Shown here: positions 20,049-28,891 of the stretch, piece after piece
How the letters are laid out: the number at the start of each line of letters is the position of its first letter
Numbering within the stretch: the stretch's first letter is position 1
Virus record (IMG/VR): IMGVR_UViG_3300009095_000017
Coordinates: 247-64,246 of that record
DNA from: a virus
Lineage: Duplodnaviria > Caudoviricetes
Strand: one strand, 5' to 3'
Length of the DNA: 64,000 nt
The notes under the pieces: generated by a model
Database searches by the model: none
The model's input: only the letters and a program-made list of their open reading frames with translations
What the model was told of the DNA's origin: nothing
Translations under genes and position numbers: made by a program

Positions 20049-20510
20049 ATGGCTTTGGACATGGTACGGTTGCTGAACCGACCCCCGTTACACGCCTTGC
20101 TGATCATGGTCAACCAAACCTACGGCTTGCACCTGAATCCCAACCACGTCACCGTCAGTGACGTGGTCGATAAGGGCGACGGGCTGGCGGAGGTAGGACT
20201 CGTTACCTTCAGCCCTCAAGACCCGAATGTCAAAGTGGCCTACACCGGACAGAATCGCATCCAGATCAGACGACTGGATGCGGCACGCTTCTTCGGTGCC
20301 GACTTCAAGGTCGACATGGATGCTCCGGCATCCACTCGGGACATCTTTGCACACCTCAAAGAGGTTGCCAAACTGATGGTTGACGAACACGAGTTCCGCA
20401 TCACAGCGCGTGACGGCAACCGTTACACACTCACCGCCGCCCCTCAGTCGCTGCGCTGGGTGGGCAGCTTCAACCTTACCTTAACCGGACACCGGGTGCT
20501 CGATGAATAA
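20049..20510 (+). CDS. Virion structural protein (same module family)
   Basis: RRLD...SLRWVGS module. Confidence 0.55.
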   Translation: MALDMVRLLNRPPLHALLIMVNQTYGLHLNPNHVTVSDVVDKGDGLAEVGLVTFSPQDPNVKVAYTGQNRIQIRRLDAARFFGADFKVDMDAPASTRDIFAHLKEVAKLMVDEHEFRITARDGNRYTLTAAPQSLRWVGSFNLTLTGHRVLDE

Positions 20511-21510
20511 AGTCATACCCGCTGGCAGTTCACCTGCCCTCCGGTTCAGACGCAGTGAAGAAGCTGTCCTGCTCACCATTCTGAACCGGCAAAACAAAAC
20601 TCGTTACACGATTGAGCAAATCCGATTTCACGAACCGGTAAACGTCCGCAACTCTGATCTGGTTAGCATTCGCTTATCGGTAAAAGGACTGATGCTCCCT
20701 AAGGACCATGCGTCGGTCAAAGTCAGACGAATCGGTCTAGAGGAGATCCTTGCCAACTACCCAATCGTTGTCGATGTTGATAAGCCTGATAAGGAAAAGA
20801 TCCTCAAAGCTCTGTTTCGGCAACACGGGATGGTCTTTCACCCCGACCGGGTTGAGGTTGAACGGATCGATCCGGAGACTCCCATCCCACTGGGCACGTT
20901 GTTCACCCGCGAGGACCTTAATGGGTTCTACCCGGACGACGAAGAGTTCGAGATGGAATGGGACGATGAAGCACTCCCGCCACCGGCACAAATCTGGCGA
21001 CTGACCATGAACGAGAAATCGTTGCTATGGAAAGGCAGCGTCGAGATCCGTATTCACCCGGTGCAAGAACTGATGGACCGTTCCATCGACTGGCACTTGG
21101 ACCTGTCTAGGTTCTTGGTCGGACACCCGCACAGCAAGGTGCCCATCACGTTCCTCTTGGATCAGTGTGACGCCGAGTTGAAGTACGGCAAGTGGTTGAA
21201 ACGGTATTACGCCGAACACCGCCTGTTGCTGGAGGATGAACTGCTGGACGAAATGTCCCGTATCACCAAAGACAAGTGGGTTTGTGTGGATCGCAAGGAA
21301 CGCTTCAACCTCTATGGTGCCCAAGTGCTTTACCACGGACGCAATCGCGGCCAATGGTACACCGGACGGGCGGAGCACTCCCATGTATTGATCCTTCGCC
21401 TGAGCAATTTCTGCGAGAACCTCTATGGGGTTATGGCACTGGGTTATCACGACCCGAATCCCAAATCCGTGGACAACTTTCGCATCGACCGTGAAATCTA
21501 CGACTTTTAA
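20503..21510 (+). CDS. Virion structural protein
   Basis: SLLWKGS module; overlaps the upstream stop codon (operon). Confidence 0.55.
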   Translation: MNKVIPAGSSPALRFRRSEEAVLLTILNRQNKTRYTIEQIRFHEPVNVRNSDLVSIRLSVKGLMLPKDHASVKVRRIGLEEILANYPIVVDVDKPDKEKILKALFRQHGMVFHPDRVEVERIDPETPIPLGTLFTREDLNGFYPDDEEFEMEWDDEALPPPAQIWRLTMNEKSLLWKGSVEIRIHPVQELMDRSIDWHLDLSRFLVGHPHSKVPITFLLDQCDAELKYGKWLKRYYAEHRLLLEDELLDEMSRITKDKWVCVDRKERFNLYGAQVLYHGRNRGQWYTGRAEHSHVLILRLSNFCENLYGVMALGYHDPNPKSVDNFRIDREIYDF

Positions 21511-21519
21511 GGACTTACC

Positions 21520-22386
21520 ATGAGAACCATCGTTCCCACTCTCTGGGGCACCTTCCTGCAAACCTGTGCACACCTGAAGAAACCCTTCGTGGCGCAGGAA
21601 CACACCACACTGAACGAGAAGTTCGATGTGCAGAAGAACGTGACCCTGAACACTGGTGAAATGCCGTCCCTCGGATATTGGACTATCGGTAACGGTGGCC
21701 ACAAGGTGCAGATCGGTGCACAGGGCTTCCCGAAGATCACCCCGATCGATCACCAAGCCGACCACGCTGCACTGTACAGTCACCTGCCATTCGTGCTGCG
21801 GGACCCAACCAACGACCTACCTCCGGCCACCCGTGACAAGTACGCCCTGCGCAAGGAAGTGTCGGTCGAAGGACGCACGTACATCGCCTACTACCTCAAG
21901 CGGTTGGACTTGGGTGAAACCAGTGTGCACCTCAAGCGCACACAAGTGGCCGACGGCGTGCGTACCGTCACCGAATACATCCCGACCTCGGCCAACCTGT
22001 CGCCGATCGCTCCGTCGATCAGCAACGTCGGCACTGTGACCACCAGTGGCGAATACCTGTCCTCCAGTGCCACCATCACCATCGTCTTCGACGAGTTCGA
22101 TGTGCAGGAACTGCTGAACGTCGCCAACATCCTCTATGGGGATGAATCCTACGCCGTGATCTCTGAGATCGGTCTGTGCACCGGGGTGGATCGTACCGTG
22201 GCGGCACAGGGTCAGTCGGGTCAGTTCAACTACCGTGAAGTACTGAGCTGTCAAGTAGCTGCCTTCATCCCGGTCCACTACGAGATGATCTTCCACAGCC
22301 AAGGCTTTACCTACATGTCCGAAGTAGGTGCCGTAGAGCCGCTTCTAGGGGCCGTATCGATGGCCTCTGGCGCTGTCTCGGGGTAA
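21520..22386 (+). CDS. Conserved phiKZ-like virion structural protein (gp139-like)
   Basis: TTLNEKF, IGNGGH, LPFVLR, YIAYYLKRL and ISEIGLCTGVD motifs. Confidence 0.65.
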   Translation: MRTIVPTLWGTFLQTCAHLKKPFVAQEHTTLNEKFDVQKNVTLNTGEMPSLGYWTIGNGGHKVQIGAQGFPKITPIDHQADHAALYSHLPFVLRDPTNDLPPATRDKYALRKEVSVEGRTYIAYYLKRLDLGETSVHLKRTQVADGVRTVTEYIPTSANLSPIAPSISNVGTVTTSGEYLSSSATITIVFDEFDVQELLNVANILYGDESYAVISEIGLCTGVDRTVAAQGQSGQFNYREVLSCQVAAFIPVHYEMIFHSQGFTYMSEVGAVEPLLGAVSMASGAVSG

Positions 22387-22390
22387 GTAG

Positions 22391-22975
22391 GTGATCACAA
22401 TCCCCATGGATGGGTATACGTATCGTATGTTATCCATTGACAACGGTACAAACACCGTGGGGTTTTCGGTATCCGACCTAGACTTGAAGTCCGGTCGGTT
22501 ACTGGTACTCTATAGTGAAACCTGTACCGCTGCTCGGTCGATGACACGATGGCAAACTGTGGCGGATCTTCACGGGGATCGGTTTGCTCGTTTCCGGGTG
22601 ATCCGGGGCTTTATGCGGGAGATACTGGAGGAGTACAATCCACACACAGTGGTGGTTGAATCGCCTTTTATGCATATCCGGCCGGAGTCCTTTGCCACCC
22701 TGCGCGAGGCAATGATGGTCCTCCGCGAAACCGCCATGGACTACTACGAGCTGATGGACTTTGACCTAGCTGCACCCATGGCTGCCAAGAAGGCAGTCGG
22801 GGCAAAGAGCTTTACCAAGGGCAAAGAACCCGTGCGTGACGCAGTGCTGGCGCTGAAAGATGTTGATTATGCGCCGGGGGTTGATCCTCGGGCGCTGGAT
22901 GAACACTGCATCGACAGCATTGCCGTGGCGTATTGGAAAGCTCGGAAAATACTAAACGAAATGCATCGCCGGTAA
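22391..22975 (+). CDS. ruvC: RuvC-like Holliday junction resolvase
   Basis: LSIDNGT (Asp), VVVESPF (Glu), KKAVG, DEHCIDSIAV (two Asp). Confidence 0.85.
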   Translation: MITIPMDGYTYRMLSIDNGTNTVGFSVSDLDLKSGRLLVLYSETCTAARSMTRWQTVADLHGDRFARFRVIRGFMREILEEYNPHTVVVESPFMHIRPESFATLREAMMVLRETAMDYYELMDFDLAAPMAAKKAVGAKSFTKGKEPVRDAVLALKDVDYAPGVDPRALDEHCIDSIAVAYWKARKILNEMHRR

Positions 22976-22980
22976 ACATC

Positions 22981-23403
22981 ATGCGTATCAAGGATATCTT
23001 GCCTGTTGTTCGAGGAAGTACCCTTCGGTCGTTTCCGTGGGGTGATGAAGTTGCGTCTGCGGTTAACGTGTTTGTGGCTCCGCTGCACCGAATCACCCTC
23101 GACTCTACCGGGGAGGACGTGGATGCGGCACTGGCAACCTTGGCTTCTGATCGACGCGATATGGTGGAGTCTATCGAAATCCACCTTGTGTCGCATGCGG
23201 AAACACCCACCGAGGAAGCGCCGGCAAAGGACCCCAAAGGGTCGGTAGCCATCGCCCTATCGGTGGGCCTGCTTATCATCACGGCGCTGCTGGCATGGAC
23301 CATGGTGACCCGTAAAGAAGGTCAGGGTGAGGTGGACGCTGGGGTCATTAGTTCGCTGGTCTCCGGACTGGTGGAAGTGATCAAGGTGTTTGTCACAATG
23401 TAA
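22981..23403 (+). CDS. Membrane protein (two C-terminal hydrophobic segments)
   Basis: VAIALSVGLLIITALLAW and ISSLVSGLVEVIKVF. Confidence 0.55.
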   Translation: MRIKDILPVVRGSTLRSFPWGDEVASAVNVFVAPLHRITLDSTGEDVDAALATLASDRRDMVESIEIHLVSHAETPTEEAPAKDPKGSVAIALSVGLLIITALLAWTMVTRKEGQGEVDAGVISSLVSGLVEVIKVFVTM

Positions 23404-23416
23404 ATCGTTGAGACGG

Positions 23417-23448
23417 CATACAGGGAGGGCTTCGGCCCTCCCTGTATG
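23417..23448. terminator. Terminator between convergent genes
   Basis: 14-bp stem with cUUCGg loop on the + strand. Confidence 0.8.
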
Positions 23449-23452
23449 TTCT

Positions 23453-24079
23453 TTATGCCGTGATGTCGGAGAGGTATTCATTGGGTAGGTTGAAGGTCTC
23501 GAACAGTTCGGAGACAAAGGCCCGGTCTTCGTCCTTCTTACGGCCCGGCGCAATGACACGGATCGAGTCCAGTTGAAGGGGCAGGTCGGGCAGGTCATCG
23601 ATGTTGAAACCCTTCGGCACTTCCAGATCGATCTTCACCCACGGCGACTGCTCGCCGCCGGCTACGGTGAACACGTCCACCTCGTAGACCATGTTGCTGT
23701 CCGGGATATCGAAATAGTAGCGGGTCTTCTTCAGGCCGGTGTCTGCCAGCATCTTGAATTGCTTGAACTGATCGGCGGTGCTTTCCAGTTCCACTTCAAA
23801 GTTACCCTTACTGGATTTGACTTTGGAGGTCAGGATGTAGCGTTCGCCATCGTTGTAACACCGCACGCGGATGTTACCATCGCCTGCGTTCTTTTCCGTT
23901 CGGTTGACTGGAATGCCCCACTGCTCTTGTTGTTCTTTGCGATCGGCCTTCTCCAGTTCACTGGGTTCGACCAGCTTGCCGTAGATCTCGTATTCCATTT
24001 CCAGTTTCATGTTTCCGTCGACTTCGGTGTCAACACTTTCAAGCGCCGCAATAATCTCGGGGCCAAAACGCAGTACCAT
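23453..24079 (-). CDS. CYTH-domain protein
   Basis: EYEIYGK (ExExK-like), IRVR...YILTSK, EVE, KKTRY, EVDVF, DLEV. Confidence 0.75.
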   Translation of the reverse strand: MVLRFGPEIIAALESVDTEVDGNMKLEMEYEIYGKLVEPSELEKADRKEQQEQWGIPVNRTEKNAGDGNIRVRCYNDGERYILTSKVKSSKGNFEVELESTADQFKQFKMLADTGLKKTRYYFDIPDSNMVYEVDVFTVAGGEQSPWVKIDLEVPKGFNIDDLPDLPLQLDSIRVIAPGRKKDEDRAFVSELFETFNLPNEYLSDITA

Positions 24080-24144
24080 TGGTGTATCCTCTTAACAAAA
24101 AAGAAAAGGCACATGGGGGAGCCGAAGCTCCCCCATGTATGCCG

Positions 24145-25983
24145 TTACTGCATCAGACGCAGCAGGTAGGTGTCGTTGTCTTCCACCGACCGAACCACTT
24201 CCACGCGAACTTGATCCTTGGTCAGCAGGTAGATAGTGGTCTGTTCGACCTTATCTACCACGTGCTCGCGGAAGCCCTCGATGAACTCATACAGATGCGA
24301 ATGCGTTTCCGGGTCAAGTTCCTGCAACTCGAAGGTGAGGTTCAGGCCGAGGTCGGTCGCATTGATCGGCAGGTGCGCCACGCCATAGTAATCGCGGTAG
24401 ACAACCACTTCCGGCAGGTACGGTGCATCCGCCGGCAGGCCGACTTGTTCGGTCAGGTACTCGGTCTCGTCATCCTGCACGTTGGCCACATACGAGATCA
24501 CCGAACGGGTCTTCTGGCTGAAGGAACGGGTCCAGGCTTCGCCACGGGAGCTTTTCAGGTAGTCGATCACGTCCTGGTAGTCATTGGCGATGTCGTCGAT
24601 GCTACCTTTGACGCCGAAGATGGTCAGCTGGTTGTTGACCGCTTCGCAGAAGCGCTTGTTCAGGAACGTGAAGGCACCGAAGGCGCCCGAGTTCTTCAGC
24701 TCACGCATGCGTTCGGACACGTCGGTCAGGTTGGTGGCCTCGGAGATGCCCTTGACCTGATCCTTGACGTCCTTGGAGACGATCAGCGGCACAGCCACAG
24801 CGTACATGCCCACCACCGTGGCATCTTCGCCGGAGTTGACCACTTCATGGTTGATCAGCAGCTCGCCTTCAGCCATGGTGCTGACAGCGTTGATCATATC
24901 CAGGTAGACCGGGTCCTTACGCAGGGCCTTTTCAACCGCCGTGGCGCGTTGCACGCGGCCGGGGGCATCGTGGGCGATTTTGCCATCGCTCTTGTACACC
25001 GGTTTTTCAGCCGGAATGGGCAGGGTAGCCTTGCTGGACAGTTCGTGACGAGCGTAATCGTTATCGCGGTTCATTTCGAGGATCTCCTGACGGACTTTGC
25101 CGGATTTGGATAGGACATGGAATGCGACGTACAGGGTCGGGTCATACAGGACCGGGAACCGTTGTTCGTCATCGTCGAGCTTCCAGTTGCTCTTGTGGGC
25201 CAGACGCCACACTTCACCATCTTGGGTGAACTCATCGTACGGTCGGGCCTTGGTAAAGTCAGGACCGTCCACCGTTTCAACCGGTGCGACGTGACGGCCC
25301 CGGATCGTCGGTGCTTGAAACGGCTGCGACGGCGTAGTCGAAGTCAGATTTTGCACCGCCGGAGATTGCACCTGAGCTGGCATCGGCACGGGTTGGATCG
25401 CCGGTTTCGGTGCAGCTACCGACGTGTAACCACCGCTCATTGCAGGGCCTGTTGGTTCCTGCTGACCCGTGAAGGCCGCCCGGAAGCTGTTGGACGCATT
25501 TCCCCCATGCACCACGGCTGCCGCAAGCGGCCGACCCGATGACAGGTTGCGCAGCACGCCGCCCGACTGGTTGGCCAGTTGCTGGACCGGTTGGCCGAGA
25601 GCGGTCCGTTGGGAGGGGTACATGGCTTGCAGGAAGTTGTCACGTTCACGCTTCAGCCCACCGGCCTCGTTGAACGCTTGCTGGTCCAACTGTCGGTTCA
25701 GCTCCGGGACCGCCAGTGCAAAGGCGGCCACGTCCATCTCCACCCAACGATCGGCCACGTCGTAGAAGATGTCTTCCACCGAAGTGTTCTGCGGGTAGCG
25801 GTCAGCCACCATGTTCAGAAAGGCCACCGCGTCCTGGACCAGCTGTTCATACTGCTGGTTCATCCAGTTGTTGTTGCTCATCACCACAGCGTATTCATTA
25901 CGCACGGTGTTGCGGTTGGCATTCTGACTGATGACGTCGGCTACCGTACGAAACATGTACTGGTAGACTTCATTAGCGTTCAT
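24145..25983 (-). CDS. Conserved phiKZ-like hypothetical protein
   Basis: 612-aa ORF with a Pro/Gln-rich linker, co-oriented after the RNAP subunit gene. Confidence 0.6.
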   Translation of the reverse strand: MNANEVYQYMFRTVADVISQNANRNTVRNEYAVVMSNNNWMNQQYEQLVQDAVAFLNMVADRYPQNTSVEDIFYDVADRWVEMDVAAFALAVPELNRQLDQQAFNEAGGLKRERDNFLQAMYPSQRTALGQPVQQLANQSGGVLRNLSSGRPLAAAVVHGGNASNSFRAAFTGQQEPTGPAMSGGYTSVAAPKPAIQPVPMPAQVQSPAVQNLTSTTPSQPFQAPTIRGRHVAPVETVDGPDFTKARPYDEFTQDGEVWRLAHKSNWKLDDDEQRFPVLYDPTLYVAFHVLSKSGKVRQEILEMNRDNDYARHELSSKATLPIPAEKPVYKSDGKIAHDAPGRVQRATAVEKALRKDPVYLDMINAVSTMAEGELLINHEVVNSGEDATVVGMYAVAVPLIVSKDVKDQVKGISEATNLTDVSERMRELKNSGAFGAFTFLNKRFCEAVNNQLTIFGVKGSIDDIANDYQDVIDYLKSSRGEAWTRSFSQKTRSVISYVANVQDDETEYLTEQVGLPADAPYLPEVVVYRDYYGVAHLPINATDLGLNLTFELQELDPETHSHLYEFIEGFREHVVDKVEQTTIYLLTKDQVRVEVVRSVEDNDTYLLRLMQ

Positions 25984-26001
25984 ACAGCTGCTCCTTAAAC
26001 A

Positions 26002-27654
26002 TCATTGCCTCTTAATCTGGTCCTGAACAGGGTCAAGCAACGGAATAAACTCAGGATTCCGAATCAAGTCCCCCGTTACCGGGTCAATTTGTACAAACGG
26101 ACCTACCTTGTTATCACCGATCGGCGACGACTTCGGCAGGATGCAGTAGCCCCCAAACTCTGCAATCGACACATCCAAGTACATGGACGGATCAACCGGA
26201 CGACCATCGCGACCCTTGCCCTTGCCGGCGGTGTCACTTTGACGTACGAGGTTACTGGTGATCTTGAAGAACAAGTTATCGCCAGGGTTGGAGACGCTGG
26301 ATACTTCCCCATGACCCTTACCCGACGTAATCCGGTAGATCAACTTCGGTTTGAAGTGCTCCGACAGGATATCGTTCAGGGTCTCGCGGGTCATCGCTTT
26401 CTTAGTATTGCTGGTGATCTTGAAAAGAAACTCAAAGATCTTGTTGTTGATGTCCCCGAGGATGTAGCGCAGTACCACGAGTTGCTTGCCATACATCGAA
26501 GAGGTCTTGCCGGTCCCCTCCAACAGCATGGTCTTCATGTTCACGATGATGTACATGAAGAGGTCGTAGATGTCTGCACACTTGACCCCGGCTTCTGCCA
26601 GCTTGGTGCGCACATCGAAGTCCACATAGCCGTCCAGTGACTTCAGGTGGGTTTCGATATCTTCGATCAACTTGCTTTGTCCGCTCTCCTCACCCCAGAG
26701 GATGTAGCCCAGCTTGACCTTCCAGTCCCACGTGGAGTACACGTGATCCACTTCGGTGGTGTCCGGGAAATGATCCACGACGTAGAAGAACCCTGCTGCC
26801 AGCTGTTCCATTGCCGGAGTGAACAGGTCGCGCGGGAACAGCATGGTGATCTTGGTGGCTACCGAGCGGTAGTTACCCAAGCGACAGGTCCAAGGCTGGA
26901 TCTTGGTCGACTTCACCTGTACCCACTTGTCACACGGGTACTTCTCTTCCGTGATTTCCCGTTCATCCACGATCACCGGTTCGATACCGGTAAACTTCTG
27001 GAAGGTTTCCACCAGGCCATGCTTGGCAAACAGGTAATGGGCCAAGGTGGTCATCACACTGCCGACCTTGATACTGGCCGAACGGGTATTCTTCGCCCGT
27101 TTGTTGTGCAGCAGCGAATAGGGGATATGTCGGCTGAGTTTCTCACCGTCAATCTCGATCGCGTGCTGGACCTGATGGAAGGTCACCGGGGCACGAGGCA
27201 TGGAGATAAAGATGTTACCTTCACCAATGGAGAAGACCTTATCTGCCAGCACCGGGCTTACCGACCACAGCTTACCCGCAATGTACATCAGTCCACCGCG
27301 ATCCACAAACGGCAGGTACAGGTAGCACGGATACAGGTTCTCGCCGTTGTACTTGAACTGGTACTTCACCAAGTACACGTCGCTGCGCGCCATGTCAAAC
27401 ACCCGCTTGCTCCCCGCACGCCCACCGGAGTTACGTTCGCTGGTGATGACATTGTACTCTTCAATCGGAGAGCACCGATAGGACCCGACGAATTCGAGTC
27501 CCGGCGGGTACTTCTCTTGTGCACAACGAATGATCCGCTCGATATGCGCCATCACTGTCGTGGACCGCAGATGCTCGGTTGCCAGCCCCTCGATGATCGT
27601 CCGGTTAAACGCCGGAAGACGTTTATCGATCGCATCGAACAGTCTCGGTTCCAT
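26002..27654 (-). CDS. Phage RNA polymerase beta-type subunit (non-virion RNAP, phiKZ gp123-like)
   Basis: 550 aa; YLPFV..GG...I.G....SPVLAD and ..AE.G.Y..LPKSSP.G...V.PF motifs; synteny with the capsid gene. Confidence 0.75.
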   Translation of the reverse strand: MEPRLFDAIDKRLPAFNRTIIEGLATEHLRSTTVMAHIERIIRCAQEKYPPGLEFVGSYRCSPIEEYNVITSERNSGGRAGSKRVFDMARSDVYLVKYQFKYNGENLYPCYLYLPFVDRGGLMYIAGKLWSVSPVLADKVFSIGEGNIFISMPRAPVTFHQVQHAIEIDGEKLSRHIPYSLLHNKRAKNTRSASIKVGSVMTTLAHYLFAKHGLVETFQKFTGIEPVIVDEREITEEKYPCDKWVQVKSTKIQPWTCRLGNYRSVATKITMLFPRDLFTPAMEQLAAGFFYVVDHFPDTTEVDHVYSTWDWKVKLGYILWGEESGQSKLIEDIETHLKSLDGYVDFDVRTKLAEAGVKCADIYDLFMYIIVNMKTMLLEGTGKTSSMYGKQLVVLRYILGDINNKIFEFLFKITSNTKKAMTRETLNDILSEHFKPKLIYRITSGKGHGEVSSVSNPGDNLFFKITSNLVRQSDTAGKGKGRDGRPVDPSMYLDVSIAEFGGYCILPKSSPIGDNKVGPFVQIDPVTGDLIRNPEFIPLLDPVQDQIKRQ

Positions 27655-27670
27655 TTTCCACCCTCAACGG

Positions 27671-28735
27671 TTATGCTGACTTCACTTTCCGGAAAGCCGC
27701 CCAGAGTGTCAATCCAGTGGTCACCAAGGTGGCAACAACCTTCAACCACTCCATGAGCATTCTTTGTTGGTTAAGCTTGTAGTCGAGCTGCTCTTTGTTA
27801 GTCTGATGCTCAAGCTTCTCACGTAACATCCGTGCTTCGTGTTCGGTTTGCTCAAGCTTCATCCGAATAGTTCGTTCATTGAGCTGGTCTTTAGCCACCT
27901 CTTCCAAACGACCCCCAAGCCGTGCTTCCTCCACGGTGTGTTGCAAGTTCAGCATCTTGTCGGCTTGCTCGAACGTCAGGTAGAGTTGAGTCAACTCGTT
28001 CGGACGTCGTTCCTTGCCGTCTTCGACCGGTAACCGGGTGGTGATGTGGATGCCCGTACGCAGGCTGTGTACATCCCGTTCCACTGGCACCTCGTAAATT
28101 TTACCCCCTAGGTTAACGTAGCGGTGTGTGTACTGGTTCTTCCCCGTGTTGTCAATTGCACGGATCATGAACAGGAAATTGTTTTCCGCCTTGACCCCGA
28201 ACACTTTATCGATCGAGTGAGTATCTCGATTCCCCCGATCGAACGGATGGCGTAACGGTGCCTGACCGTCCTGTCGTTCAACCAACAGGTCCACTTCCGG
28301 CATATACGCCCGGCCACCCAAACTGTCCAGCTGGGTATCCGAGAGTATATATTCGATCGTGATGCTCATGCTCCGAGTGGGTTGACCGTGCTTCAGGCCA
28401 TAGACCGCATGCTCGATTGCACGGAGCATAGCGAAGTGTTCGTTGGTGCGCTGCGCGGCATCTAATGTGCTGACTATGTTTTTAATTACATCAATCGGAC
28501 CGGTGATTGTCTTGAAGACGCGGAACTCCCCACAAGGACGATGGCCAGGGGCCAGCATGACGCGAAGACGACTGCCGTCCCGGTTAACCACAGTCAGGGG
28601 ATGGCGGGTCAGGTTTTGATAACGATAGGTGTAACTGACATCCGTTTCCGTGTGACTGTAAACATGATTCTCACGGATGTCGCGAAACTGGCCAACGCCA
28701 AATTCCTTGCTCAATTGTTCGGCACTGGGTTGCAT
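27671..28735 (-). CDS. Conserved phiKZ-like protein with C-terminal coiled coil and hydrophobic tail
   Basis: 354 aa; lies between the capsid and RNAP genes and has its own promoter-like motif. Confidence 0.6.
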   Translation of the reverse strand: MQPSAEQLSKEFGVGQFRDIRENHVYSHTETDVSYTYRYQNLTRHPLTVVNRDGSRLRVMLAPGHRPCGEFRVFKTITGPIDVIKNIVSTLDAAQRTNEHFAMLRAIEHAVYGLKHGQPTRSMSITIEYILSDTQLDSLGGRAYMPEVDLLVERQDGQAPLRHPFDRGNRDTHSIDKVFGVKAENNFLFMIRAIDNTGKNQYTHRYVNLGGKIYEVPVERDVHSLRTGIHITTRLPVEDGKERRPNELTQLYLTFEQADKMLNLQHTVEEARLGGRLEEVAKDQLNERTIRMKLEQTEHEARMLREKLEHQTNKEQLDYKLNQQRMLMEWLKVVATLVTTGLTLWAAFRKVKSA

Positions 28736-28770
28736 TTTGGTTCCCCGTAATTGCAGCTAACCTCAGTACC

Positions 28771-28784
28771 ATAATGTAGGCTTG
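28771..28784 (-). promoter_or_regulatory. Putative phage promoter motif
   Basis: Minus strand caagcctacattat, about 35 nt upstream of 28735. Confidence 0.6.
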
Positions 28785-28807
28785 TAATATCTTTTATTAC
28801 GGAGACG

Positions 28808-28844
28808 GCATAAAGCCCCGGTCATTGCGACCGGGACTTTATGC
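28808..28844. terminator. Terminator after the capsid gene
   Basis: gcataaag-ccccggtc...gaccggga-ctttatgc hairpin. Confidence 0.7.
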
Positions 28845-28891
28845 ACTTGCCGTAGCAGAAGCAACCGGGAAGAGTTGCTCTATGCTAACGC

